Of a stretch of DNA of 64,000 nt, positions 24,501 to 32,790 are shown piece by piece. Each line of letters begins with the position of its first letter. Position 1 is the stretch's first letter. The position numbers were made by a program, and so were the translations under genes. The DNA lies in contig OZ025673.1 of the NCBI GenBank assembly GCA_964019335.1, positions 607,180 through 671,179 on the forward strand. The letters run 5' to 3'. A model generated the notes under the pieces. That model was not told the origin of the DNA and searched no databases. It saw nothing but the letters and a program-made list of their open reading frames with translations. This stretch comes from Diplonema japonicum (Eukaryota; Protista; Euglenozoa: Diplonemea).

Positions 24501-26371
24501 GCCACGATGACGGCCACTGTCCTAGGGTCGTTCTTGTCATAGGGCTGAGTTATCATGGGGAAGTCTGTGGAGACTATGTTCACGGCTCCCCAAGTGGTCG
24601 CACGAGTGTCGTTGATGTTCCACGTCACGTTGTAGGGTACTAACTCTGTTTCAAGTATGCGGTCTAGAGCCACCCAGAAGCCCCCCACGGGCCTGTAGCA
24701 CACAGCATATTTACCGCGAGATGGAAAATTCAAATAAAAATATCGATCACTCTGACCGTTATTGAGCGCTTGCAGTGCAGCCGTTGGGTCCCATAACCCA
24801 CTATAAGAGGGCGTACCAAGCAAGTCATGGCTTTCGGTGCCAAGCTGCGTGCTCCAACACCCGTCCTGCGCTTCAATACTGTTGATGACTGTCGACTCAT
24901 AGTGCACGAGGCGCACGTGGTCGCCACCAACGAGTTTCTCGTAAGACTTCGAACTAGATGTGTCGTAGGTTGTTGCTGTCGAGCCGTCCACTGTCGCACC
25001 AGACAGCTCAAGAACACCCCATGAGCCGGCGGTGACATCACTTGACGCCCAGTCTATACCCGTTGCCTTTGCAACGACTGTCAAAGTGGTCGCCGAGCTC
25101 TTGTAGCCGTTGGGAATCTTACGCCACCCACCGGGTGCTTGCCTCTTGGCAGACAAGTAAGTACTGCCACCTGTTGTATAAATGGCAGTACCCACTTCCC
25201 TATCAGACTTTGTGGAGTAGCAAACATCCCAGTCACCTTCTGCGACCTGTAGGAAGGCAAGAATGTACCACACGCCTGTTGTCGATGCACTTGTCACTGA
25301 ATAGCTCCAGTCGCTACTTCTATGGGGGTTTTTTTCCGAAGTTCCACTGACGTAACCTTGTCTTGGTGCGAAGCTACCATTTGCAGCATGCATAGCGATG
25401 AGGTCATTATCGAAGGCAGCGCCATCCCACACCCCAGCAGAGCTGGCCAGCACCGTGCCGGGGTACCTCCCGTCCTCAGTTTCCGTGATACAGTCCTGCC
25501 CGCTTGGCACCAGTTTGACTTGATCGCTCTGCTTCTCATCCGTTGATGCACTCTGGTACCCCGAAGACTCAGGCGTTTTATGGATTTTTAACACGGCATG
25601 TTCCCCTGCCCGCATGGTCCCTGCCTCCCAATAGTACTCCGCGGACGAATTCAGCATGTAGAATGCCATGTCTGTATCAGGCTCCTGCCAGTGATGCCGC
25701 AGGCTGGAGTGCAGGGCTGCCCATGTGGTATTTTCAGCCAAGAGCTTCTTGATTTCATCTGTCTCACTGTTCGTCCACCAGCCAAGCTCGCTCGTGTCGT
25801 TGCTAAAGCTGCTTCGGCTCTTCCTGTAACATAGCCTGAACGGGCCATCGAAGGAATATGGTAACATGAAAGTGGCGAAGGCATCCAGCGACTGCCCGTT
25901 GGGATCGCGTGCGCATGTGGTATCGCTGTAACCACAAACAACATTACTTGCAGAGACAGAAGAATGGCCAACGGCTGGAAGCGTGCCCCCTGCCACCCCG
26001 AGATCAGTTTCGTACATCAAAACATCGGCCTCTGCCGTTGCATTGCAGTAGTTGATGCCTTTCCCTACTTGGTTGTTGACGTAGTGCTTAATCACCATCA
26101 GCCCAGCCTCATCATAACTTGTGTTCAGCCACTGCCATTTACCTTCTTGTGTAGAGAGAGCGGTCCCATCTCTCAAGGTACCCGAGACGGTAAGGCGCAC
26201 TCTCACATACTGCCCTGCCGTGTAGGTGTCCAGTGTGGGGTATATCGCTGTTATATATTGAAAAGTGTCATAATCGGGCTCGAGGTACTGTTCCAAAGGT
26301 GTCGGCACTAAGAGCGAGATGTCGGGGTTGTGCGATGCGTGCACCAAGCACAGCGCGGTGGCGAGTATCAT
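15503..26371 (-). CDS. Giant (3622 aa) intronless cell-surface protein with repeated Cys-containing Ig-like modules and C-terminal GPI/TM anchor
   Basis: Signal peptide MILATALCLVHAS; recurrent VCY..W and CxxC modules; Pro/Thr stalk; hydrophobic C-terminus LQLCFTLLLFIIVF. Confidence 0.85.
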   Translation of the reverse strand: MILATALCLVHASHNPDISLLVPTPLEQYLEPDYDTFQYITAIYPTLDTYTAGQYVRVRLTVSGTLRDGTALSTQEGKWQWLNTSYDEAGLMVIKHYVNNQVGKGINYCNATAEADVLMYETDLGVAGGTLPAVGHSSVSASNVVCGYSDTTCARDPNGQSLDAFATFMLPYSFDGPFRLCYRKSRSSFSNDTSELGWWTNSETDEIKKLLAENTTWAALHSSLRHHWQEPDTDMAFYMLNSSAEYYWEAGTMRAGEHAVLKIHKTPESSGYQSASTDEKQSDQVKLVPSGQDCITETEDGRYPGTVLASSAGVWDGAAFDNDLIAMHAANGSFAPRQGYVSGTSEKNPHRSSDWSYSVTSASTTGVWYILAFLQVAEGDWDVCYSTKSDREVGTAIYTTGGSTYLSAKRQAPGGWRKIPNGYKSSATTLTVVAKATGIDWASSDVTAGSWGVLELSGATVDGSTATTYDTSSSKSYEKLVGGDHVRLVHYESTVINSIEAQDGCWSTQLGTESHDLLGTPSYSGLWDPTAALQALNNGQSDRYFYLNFPSRGKYAVCYRPVGGFWVALDRILETELVPYNVTWNINDTRATTWGAVNIVSTDFPMITQPYDKNDPRTVAVIVAPSGTGCLPDATTLAAGTFTPSAFVNDVGNNEVGPNEELTQGRFSSDLVLRYTVAAWIFIPSYGSSYVVCFKKSGRNWQALYNSDGTLYLTPNMAPGLDYEIQDTRIGTFGMFSFQAHVVDATTSAWSLSRELNGRDTLKLVSNHTMFFGCDRSSLLDQGVVAAVNAAKCTATSSSTYSSCYFEWVEDFIGYNTERPNQDAFDGYQFATLPNADVALWLCYQQYGKNWIRFDKQIYLEPPHGISLQIQELSLSGGTWYDFQVSTTGMVKFDLGNGKDEAKLILANQECHYTALQNAKTADFTHPTDTSKNDLSGQTHAVVSFTLPNTDTPIDVRLCIRQYLASGRNNWVKLQDNLLVKPSGIKYTLDTSVVTRGLAHFRFISKAMFDTRPGRDMFKLIPSTQYCRSENSYHQSPSAAANDVKGIVNIGPDDTKGVATSKVTTVIPSAGGSYRVCYFLSGNGNWFELVEETNATRITAVGLAPGTQTAGATGLISTTRVGITGIDMGSSLFSSEGLINGTYAVVGGLETSVVGSEASLLKVLGTGFDPANDQFKLIMTQIQTASGWVPTGEDCRAAAVPLTETSSFTIGSGWVAPTMAFPQKAGKYAACYLWGSIPAPTWVVVPITTLSSTAPYNTVAANDELTVVAPLLYFSESSGAIGIQDYYVNTTSSPSLSTADGVRIIAAHKHCQDITTASQGANGSATLNLSKNSEQIEFLDSISTITLVDWPPSQGNTSFKVCYRKASMIDSAGRMTRVPCCTWVVVPNFDSEPYLATTTPQALHWVNEPPSSVIVGNKFTVTVQAVGTGGVLVPGRRLIAFYDMGPNGLCGAGTPRVCNGLGSQALSWQCDSAIDAARYNWAANNTIVSTDETGLATLTVQWLGECENCILSANLLMNSGVGTVPAIFDAVSPLAVQLSCPTLDAASLFLDGATPLNPWHLEHQARLSFEITALTEVGTRAFGASGTPLRILAVKGGDAFASASLLTSTTKLASGGNFVFQTSLESNSKADLQLGLVPKASFTKPVTLVMNITSSSLPFLIASLQISPIIPVMLMVVSVTPLNMFPLPPSWQAAGWPQPLVGWKMRAGVLNESTAESGYYLMQKATYVIELKPLDASGRHAPVSGVNKKNVLVSIASSTGATPHTVLSQTVSAEGHYLVTLVVNAACYKSNPCVLVFDADGASASVTTPVRAMAVKLVLTSAPSLVATPDTPLGPFEFQAVNENNEKDEWHLSRVWPLIAGGDGLQNENGVSVVDSAKRKGVQLSAMMHLGVVTFSDLRLSAPCLNTSIPACKINFVSTSGLFLYETDLLRVTDNAYKLSGTVNIQSSTVTAQAWFSITLTVLDMNNAATGWVREWVMATQESGAASFVIKGGRSQRMHSSTVVLWVKFITDCKGCSIRFRANYRDGWWTADPSRSTWVTPSIDVTTTPQATKLVLSQDPYYSNGNGSLERVVTSSTQLTEGRVWFMAPRDMALVFPIVSVDDYMVPSYPNSSEASAKIQISVKKLLGDDLLDGTGGSYVTDPLVVRASGIQLQNAKGQLTVTFPTPCLQCLLTLKDTTNVNLASLDILITVLPVPTGLVEWSKTVPTALETFGGEAPSDSAVWMRPLFVLTDGNTIAYTAPVDVSLKVSLPVHLSQTLTCLTCDSPTGTKVHRHMQSHTVLEHIKVRLNNEVSPNASFVVAGTNGNLNGSLVATVEGTSLHWVSSNVAWKVGTVGIKLEVLTAAVFVPDWLGYKLQSTEKGYLKDGVFPPYAYMKGSVVPGVSFPLTVQVKTVNNTIATTASGEVTATLLPSKGCGSGLPLTQTGGNVINGNTTIWLKFGSSCEACIVHIMYTPCSTCPSLPASERTRTLDPINVIHVPYTDIIIGPQTRVPHNVTTEEVFVVELRAVAYSNGVPFTCVTSSPTLYLFNDLASPPNPSTLWLGNGGHLATPGGQEYPQGLPVQLRGGAAVISFKFSRPCTACSILVVNPHLNTSFHLRTNTPHVTPDNIAITVKAVGTQRITTALAPSIWRRAPFALVEIVVNVLGDRDYEAVPGISVLVRSNIGGNGDGGTLMHTNGGKTLSENEWVEGALVWRLEFTSSCYSCDINVNGKHLSIAVYTPAVGLQVVSMEPTSGIVTLGKPISFKLRAVDEEGNRDYSMNAFGNLLLSPYADKLAAPLLPQLGMGGNMLFSGVDRVPLTEGESPEFVTTFTEPTFASYVHFFIYPSTRDVTSKLNPQQAMPTPPIISVVTTPENFTVLNATGAILYEGNVFEIWVGLVDRGGWIATGGSGWVEIAAACNSTNISVAGGTRQQLTNGFLKFAVTARGIAASTSSTPKCTFTFLLQDYEPTELIANLSNVTASVLSFAEKTPPTHAVQGRPLVVRLQAYDDEGRLAVGPVGWVGIVQVSCTSGTVTTNNQTLQDGGATFSLLFSGVGVCQLKLMAETLPVWNDTSGSQVFTVAVQNLIDIEFLSNITSETTPVLLSGVAYPLHVRVVDDYGKVVGGDVATKVSVEIMTGPYDMMLLNTNTATLVNPLAPSTYAKRTPQVTVINGEYVFQLMFSMPTNGTFLRIQVIADFGLPNVAPAVASSEVIQVVTEGTALRFTGRVPAYWVVGRPFQLYVTIVDSVGNIPSGPQGQRRITMGGGTSSIRLHSPRSFSVVTSSTQVLYNMTWVGGQGVAAFEASSTGLLPARSSVRFQTITGIAVSASNLTVLSHYAMSVGVVLVDHLGDVVQGDSSTTVHAAVAGQAMLRTNTILQKQVVNGAVGFEFFFTGPGQGNTVTFTVRDPPLEHVVGPFDVISGRSTPPPPTLVKYTPPLISLNLNSSRASFDAQSFTAILSSAMGYKQDTVIVVWVCDVTNGVKGTCDQISSVAQMLISASRGAAVLQRRSQAQAQSLVSGIEVGFQVLPSAQGPLLTHTQADSFVSSTASALEQALTDPTNPLQEDVGWFPSNVTVTPLQATPAPVTHTLTPWSPPTQAPPITPGPYGTPEVSSVVPVDASCAWTAPLQLCFTLLLFIIVF

Positions 26372-26432
26372 TTCATCTTCCTTGCAATATTGTAATGTGT
26401 AATAAAAAAGTAAGAAGAAAATAATTTTGAGT

Positions 26433-27629
26433 TTAGCAGTCGCCGCTCCTCCTCATGAACGTCTTGGGTATAGTATCAACTGCTGTGGCATCCTTGTTGT
26501 CACGTATTGAAGGGTCGGCCTTATGATGGTTTTGCAAGTATTTCATTGTTTCCGATCTACGCTTATTGGCGGCATGATGAAGGGCTGTACTTCCTTTGTT
26601 ATCTGTTGCGTTGACATGGGCCCCCGCACCGATTAGAGCGTCTAGCACAGAGTGGTGTCCGTTTTGGCTACCAAAATGTAAAGGTGTTTCTCCTGCTAAG
26701 GTCTTTGCCCCAGCACTAGCACCGTGCTTTAACAACAGCTTTACGATGCTGACAAAGCCAAGATGGGAGCTGTGGTGAAGGGGTGTCCACCCCCTGTTGT
26801 CTGCAGCCTCCACGTTAATCTTCTGTGCTAGAAGCTGCTCAACGATGGCAACATCACTTTGCCGTGCAGCCAAGTGTAGAGGCGTGAGGTGATCATGGGT
26901 TTTGCAGGTTAAATTCACCTCAGGGTGTTTCAAGAGGGCTTCAAGTACACTTCTACTTCCATACATGCATGCCATGTGCACTGCCGTGTGACCTGAGAGC
27001 TCCACCGCGTTCGGGCTATAGCACTGCAGCAAGCGCTCAATAATAGCTGATTCTGCGTTAGAGTGAATGGCTAGAAAAAGCAGTGAGTTACCCCGTTCAT
27101 CAGGGACCAGCTCGACGTGTCTGAGAATGTAGTCCATGAAGCGCACGTCTGTCTTCACAGCAGGCAGTGCACACGTATCATCAACAGGCCCTGGCATATG
27201 AGCACACACAATGCGCAGCAATGCGAACGACTCAATCTCGCAAACCCTGCTGAAGATCTCCGGTGTCGGCTCCACACCCGCCTTGCAGAGTAGCTCTATT
27301 GTGTGCTCACTCTGTTCGCCGTTATAATTTTGTAAGAGCTTGCTCATGTTGTCTGCGGTGATGGCAACACCTGCTTCACCTAGCTCATGCCGTGCTGATG
27401 CTTTCTCCGACACTGTAACGCTCACTTCTTCATCAGCAACAACCCCTAACGCTGCCACTACTTCGCTGTCGTCCTTGACGCTGCCCTCGTACTCAATACT
27501 GAAGTCTCCCACGTCAGTACCGCCAAGATGCCCCAGCAGCGCGTTCTTCAGGTCGCCTATGGTGTGTGTCTCGGTGATGTCGACGCCATGGCACTTCCCA
27601 GAGGAAGTCACTCTTGCGAATATCCTCAT
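26433..27629 (-). CDS. N-terminal ubiquitin-like domain plus ankyrin-repeat protein
   Basis: MRIFARV...HTIGDLKNAL...YEGSVKDD (Ubl). GNSLLFLA, GHTAVHMA, TPLHLAA, GWTPLHHS, GETPLHFG, GSTALHHAA (ankyrin repeats). Confidence 0.9.
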   Translation of the reverse strand: MRIFARVTSSGKCHGVDITETHTIGDLKNALLGHLGGTDVGDFSIEYEGSVKDDSEVVAALGVVADEEVSVTVSEKASARHELGEAGVAITADNMSKLLQNYNGEQSEHTIELLCKAGVEPTPEIFSRVCEIESFALLRIVCAHMPGPVDDTCALPAVKTDVRFMDYILRHVELVPDERGNSLLFLAIHSNAESAIIERLLQCYSPNAVELSGHTAVHMACMYGSRSVLEALLKHPEVNLTCKTHDHLTPLHLAARQSDVAIVEQLLAQKINVEAADNRGWTPLHHSSHLGFVSIVKLLLKHGASAGAKTLAGETPLHFGSQNGHHSVLDALIGAGAHVNATDNKGSTALHHAANKRRSETMKYLQNHHKADPSIRDNKDATAVDTIPKTFMRRSGDC

Positions 27630-27765
27630 TTTCTGTGTGATAGTGAAATGTTCGAAACCAAAACATGCATCAAATAGGAATAGCATCCCAGCATACAGGG
27701 AGGAAGATAAGAGAGGTGGATGCGATAGATAGCATAGCACACAAAACATGCTATCGGAGCTACCT

Positions 27766-28785
27766 TCATGGTAGCTGTGTAAGGAATTTAGCACAGTTCG
27801 CAGCAAATTCTTGATTCTGCGTCGGGGAGAGGGACCGCAGGCTACGGCTAAGGACGTCGACAGCTTCGGCATCTGGGGAAGAGAGCAAGACTCTTGCATT
27901 CAGAACAGGGGCCACCACCAGGGCATTTGTGTCAGGATCCTTTCTCACCAAAGGTGGCAGGGCGAAGGTGAAGAGTGCTTGGAGGCGGAAGGCGTATGAT
28001 GGGTAGGATGTCAAAAGGACCACCGTCTCCAACAGTGCGACGTGGTCAGTTGAGTTAAGACACCGTAAAAGGAGGGTCTCCATGACGCCTTCAACAATTG
28101 GGACTAAAGGAGTCAGTGAAACCAGTACAGAGCAGACAGGTGAGAGCTCTGCAGCAGACAGGTCGTGCATCGCAGATATCAGCATAGCAATCAATGTGTC
28201 CCAAAAGGTGCAGGCCTTGATGCGGTCATCGGATTTGAAAGCCATTACGGCCACCGCTCTGCTGATATGCATGTAATCCATGTGCCCATTTCGTATTGCG
28301 GGGAGCAAGACATTGAATACACCTTCGTAGAATGCACAAGATGCACCATGTGCCAAGGTTTCGAAGTAGCCTTGCACTTCTAGTGCAGTGCGCACAGCAG
28401 CCAGAGAAGCGTCTGCTTCCGGACAGTGGTTCATGCAGTCCTGCAGGACTTGTCTGTACTGCGTGGAGGCTGCTTTTAGTACCGTCACGTCACGCAGCAA
28501 GCTGCCCAGGTGTAGAAGTTCGAACGCCCTCACAACACACGTCAATCGTACACGAGTAGCCTTCAGCGTGTGTGAGCACAGCACTTCGAACACAGTCTTT
28601 CTGCTTCCGCTATGAGTGATCTGGTATGCAAGAAATGCTGCATTTCCTGTTTGAGCATCTACTGCAGAGCACATGGCTGCTAGCCATCTGTGGACATCTT
28701 CCCATGGTGCATTCTTGTTTCCCAGCTCTGCAGCGAAGAGCTGTATTTCCATAGTGGCCTGTGCGTGAATGGGTGATGAGCTCAT
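27766..28785 (-). CDS. Hypothetical alpha-helical (ARM/HEAT-like) protein
   Basis: 339-aa Leu/Ala-rich ORF co-oriented with the cluster. Confidence 0.65.
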   Translation of the reverse strand: MSSSPIHAQATMEIQLFAAELGNKNAPWEDVHRWLAAMCSAVDAQTGNAAFLAYQITHSGSRKTVFEVLCSHTLKATRVRLTCVVRAFELLHLGSLLRDVTVLKAASTQYRQVLQDCMNHCPEADASLAAVRTALEVQGYFETLAHGASCAFYEGVFNVLLPAIRNGHMDYMHISRAVAVMAFKSDDRIKACTFWDTLIAMLISAMHDLSAAELSPVCSVLVSLTPLVPIVEGVMETLLLRCLNSTDHVALLETVVLLTSYPSYAFRLQALFTFALPPLVRKDPDTNALVVAPVLNARVLLSSPDAEAVDVLSRSLRSLSPTQNQEFAANCAKFLTQLP

Positions 28786-29681
28786 TTTTGATTATATAAT
28801 GAAATGAAGAGAGATTTCAACCGTTAAGTATGCTCTGACGCTTGTCTACACCTGCATCGCAGCACCCTTTTGAGGAAGAAGAAGAAAAAGAAGAACCAGA
28901 AAGAACCCTTTTAAACATGCTAAATTTAACTTACGTATTGTATGAAAGGTGCCAGACTGACAAAAGCTTAAATCCTTCGGTACAGCTTTTGGACGCCCAG
29001 GAATTTATCAGGCCAGGAGGCCGACATCCTTCAATTCACAGCATTTAAAACCGTGCAGGCCTAAACCTGTTGGTCTCGAGTGCGTGAGGACAACCCTCGT
29101 TTTGCAAGCTCTATGGTGGTTCCTCCAAAAAGAATAAAGAAAAAAGAGAAAAAAAAACTAAACAGTTTAATAAAAGAAAGCTAAAAGGTGTGTTAAAACA
29201 AATAAAAAGTAAATGTAAAAAAAGTTAATCAAAGTCCCAGGAAAAAAATAGAAATAAATAAGAATTTTCTTTAATCGAGGTACCAACCTTGGGGGAGGGT
29301 CCTTCTAAACCAAGTACGATATTATTGCACAAGCGCACGTGCATATCTAGATCTTCGCAGGTTGTCAAAAACGAAGAACTTTGAATGGGGAAGCCAGGGG
29401 AAAGTAAGTGGAGCTGAGTGCTTAAGTGGCAACTGGAATAGAAGGGTAAATACAGTGATTTGTAAAACGTGTGAGTAGAATAAATCAAAATCCCAAGGTC
29501 GCCTGCGGTACGTGGGAGTGCGCACAGGATTGCTTGAGCAAGGAAGGCTTAAGGGTAAAGGGGTGAGATATGGGGAATACGATCGAGAGGACGTTAAACG
29601 TTAGCGAAGCAAGAGCTTTCTTACTAGATTCATTTTATTGTCATTAGGTTTCATTCTTCTCCTGCCTTGTGCGAAGTTTGT

Positions 29682-31520
29682 TTACGTGTTGATGCAGCAC
29701 CTGATATCGTCAATGGGCTTGTGCTCCTTGAACGTGTCCTTCTTTTCCTCCAGCAGTTCAAGTAGCTTGGGGTGCATGTCCCTTGCCTCATTCTTTATGA
29801 TGTACCCCCACTTCTGGTTCCTCAAGAACCATGTGGTCACGATGTGTTTCAGCTTAATGTCAGAGGTCACGGGGTCCTTGTTCACGTTCTTTTCTGCAAA
29901 AATGTCGAAGTCAAGGCCTAAGGTCGCGAACTCGGGCCAACCACCAATGTCGTACTGTGTGTCATTCACCCAGCTGTGCTTGAAGGTCGTGAGGACCAAC
30001 AGGTACCTACAGAGCTGCTTCAGGCTTGCAAAGTTCTTCTCCTTGTTGTCCGCAGTGATCTTGACATCGTCAGTGATGGGACTCACAGCAACCTTGCAGT
30101 GTCCGACCGTGGGGTGCTCGGAGGTTGCCTTGTTGATCTCTCCATCGTCGTAGAAGGTCTCCTCCTGCTGTTTGCCGTAGGGGACACCGTTCTTCACAAG
30201 CTCGTCAGACATCAGCTTGATCTCCTCCCAGAACTCGATGATCTCCTTCTCGTGCACGTTGAAGTACTCGTTGATGTGATCATCGCAGACTTTGCTGAAC
30301 TCTTGCTGCAAGTCGGCAAAGTAGTGGTTCTTGTTGATGGGCTTTCTGGGAGTCCAGTCGGCCCAGTTCATGCCGCTGAAGCTCTCTCTCGCAGCAACAG
30401 CAATGGAATCAATCGTCACAGCCGAGCCAAGGGGTACGAAGGCCTTCCCGCCAGTGAGGAGACTGTCAGCACCATTGTTGATGGAGACAGTGCCGTAGGT
30501 GTGGGGGAAAAGCAAAGTGAAGATTGGGTTCCTCCTCACGTTCCTCATCAAAGGAACGATGTACTGCTCGATGTTCAAGTGCGTCCCGCCAAGGTGTGTC
30601 ACAAGCTCACCAAACATGAAGTAGTTCACCCTCCAGACCCTCTTCGCCTTTTCCCAGTCACTGCCATCGGCGGGTTTGTACACTTTAGGTTCTCCAAGGC
30701 AAGCATTATGGCCCCTCGTGAATCCACCAATCCTCTCCTGGATCTCGATAGACTCAACGGTCAGCTCCTTCGTCTTCTTGTCCTGAGTGAAGAAGGCGGT
30801 GGTGTTGGGTGCCCAGTGCTTTCCATCAAGCATAATCCCGTCGTACTTGAAGTCGATGTACAGCCTCCCGTCCTTGTACTTCTTTGGGATGCAGGGATTG
30901 AATCCGTTCAGAGCGAGGTCTACGAATGCTGCATCACTCCTCGCAGAGCCGGGGTTCTTGAGTTCTTCTTCCTTGTACTTGCAGAGAGGTGGGTAGAACA
31001 CCGTTGTCTGTGCTAAGACGCCAGCAGCAACTACCATCTTCTTCGTCTCCTCTTTCTGTCTGGCGTCGTGCTGCTCCTGCATGAGGGGATAGCCTGCCTC
31101 CTTGTTCACGTACAAGCGAGGGGTGTAGGACTCAGCGATGGGTGCGTACTCCCAGAACTTTATCTCAATGTCTCCAAAGTCGAAATCGCTCAACTTGACA
31201 TTGTTGTGCACCTGAGGCTCGTACCCAGTCACCTCAACCTCGATGTACTGGACGCTGCCATCCTTCATGTACCTGGGGTGCCTCTCGTACACCTTGAGCT
31301 TCAGGTCAGGCGTGTCAAAGGTACCCGCAGCCTTCGGGTCGTACTTGAACTCGAACCTTCCCTCGATGTCTGTGTACAGTCCCTCCACAGTCATGGGGTC
31401 GTCCTTCCCGAAGATCCCGTCATCGTCGAACAGCCTCACGAAGATGTTGTGGATGGGCCTTGCCTCCTCGTTGTTCATCTCCTTGCTGAAGATGAGCCTG
31501 CCACGCGCTCTGTGAGTCAT
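29682..31520 (-). CDS. Lipoxygenase with N-terminal transthyretin-like domain, copy B (612 aa)
   Basis: LNGFNP, WEKAK, ELVTHLGGTHLNIEQY (H-x4-H Fe ligands), LLFPH...SINNGAD, FKHSWVN (H-x3-N), C-terminus CCINT. Confidence 0.88.
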   Translation of the reverse strand: MTHRARGRLIFSKEMNNEEARPIHNIFVRLFDDDGIFGKDDPMTVEGLYTDIEGRFEFKYDPKAAGTFDTPDLKLKVYERHPRYMKDGSVQYIEVEVTGYEPQVHNNVKLSDFDFGDIEIKFWEYAPIAESYTPRLYVNKEAGYPLMQEQHDARQKEETKKMVVAAGVLAQTTVFYPPLCKYKEEELKNPGSARSDAAFVDLALNGFNPCIPKKYKDGRLYIDFKYDGIMLDGKHWAPNTTAFFTQDKKTKELTVESIEIQERIGGFTRGHNACLGEPKVYKPADGSDWEKAKRVWRVNYFMFGELVTHLGGTHLNIEQYIVPLMRNVRRNPIFTLLFPHTYGTVSINNGADSLLTGGKAFVPLGSAVTIDSIAVAARESFSGMNWADWTPRKPINKNHYFADLQQEFSKVCDDHINEYFNVHEKEIIEFWEEIKLMSDELVKNGVPYGKQQEETFYDDGEINKATSEHPTVGHCKVAVSPITDDVKITADNKEKNFASLKQLCRYLLVLTTFKHSWVNDTQYDIGGWPEFATLGLDFDIFAEKNVNKDPVTSDIKLKHIVTTWFLRNQKWGYIIKNEARDMHPKLLELLEEKKDTFKEHKPIDDIRCCINT

Positions 31521-32790
31521 TTTTTTTTTTGTCTTAAAGGTGGACTTTGGTGTGCATAAACAGGCGGTACGGGTGAGAAAGGACAAAGAGAGTGTAGAGG
31601 TTGTTATCTGCTTGAGATCTGCAAGAAGAAAAAAATAAAAGAACAAAAACAAGTGAGGTCACCTTGAACACCTCCGCCAGCTGCGTCTACGCACGGTCGA
31701 CCCTGCTGGGCAAGGGACCTACAGCGTGCAGGTGGTCTGTGACAATGGCAATAGTGTTCAATAAGAGATCACTCGTAAATAGTGTTAATTTCCCAAAGAA
31801 AAGAAGAATAAAAATATATAAAGGATGCCGGTGGGTGGCACCCTGCAAAGAAAGAACAGTTGGAGCCTCTCGCATGCCTTCAATCCACAGGATATCGAAA
31901 AGCGTAAGTGGTTCTCCACAACTCAAGAAGGAGCAGTTCTTAAAATGTGTAAAAAAAAATGTTGGACCTGCTTAGCGGCCAAGCGCATTGAACGGTAAAT
32001 CGTTGCAAAAGGAGAAATCCAATTATAAAAGGGGAACGGGAGCACAATGCTGCAGCAAGAGTGAGTAGAAAATGAGCTATTAATTGTTACAAAGCATTGC
32101 TTTCTTTCACTAAAGACAAGGCTGTTTGGAAATGGCAACAGCAAATAAAAGAGATACTTGAGTGAAAAAAATGCTGCGCCTAAGCAATTACTATTTTTTA
32201 ATATTCGGCGGTAAAATATTTTCATCACGAAATATTCCATCAGGTGCCAGGAAAATAGGACAAACATGAGAGGGAGAGAAAAGAGAACAAAAGGAGAAGA
32301 TACATATCATTAACCACTTAAGCTACCGTGGAAAAGAAGGATAGTGATGTTGGGGAACGGACGTGATTTGAGGAACGTATTAAAAAATTAAAAAGTCTAC
32401 CCCAACAAGTGTACTTGCCTCAAATCCCTTCCAATAAATGAGGCCAGGGACCACATGAGGATCGGGTCGCAGTAGGAATTTCAGCCTTGATGATTTGGCT
32501 TGAGGTATGAATTTAATTTAAAAGAATGCTCGAATCTGTGTTTGTTCCACTAAAATATTTATATTTTCCTCAAAACTGACCCCCGAGGTGAGGCCGTTTG
32601 GTCCGAATGGATCAGAGAATTTCCCCACACTTGTTTCTACAAAAGCAGTTGGTAGCATAAGGGATAAAGCCATATTTCATTTATAAATAAAGCCAGTGAA
32701 CTCCAGTGTCGCCTTTCGAATAGTGCGGTGTAAACAAAGCTTAGGAAGCTAGGAAAAGAATGAAAAGAAGAAGAAGAAACAGTCGACCAC

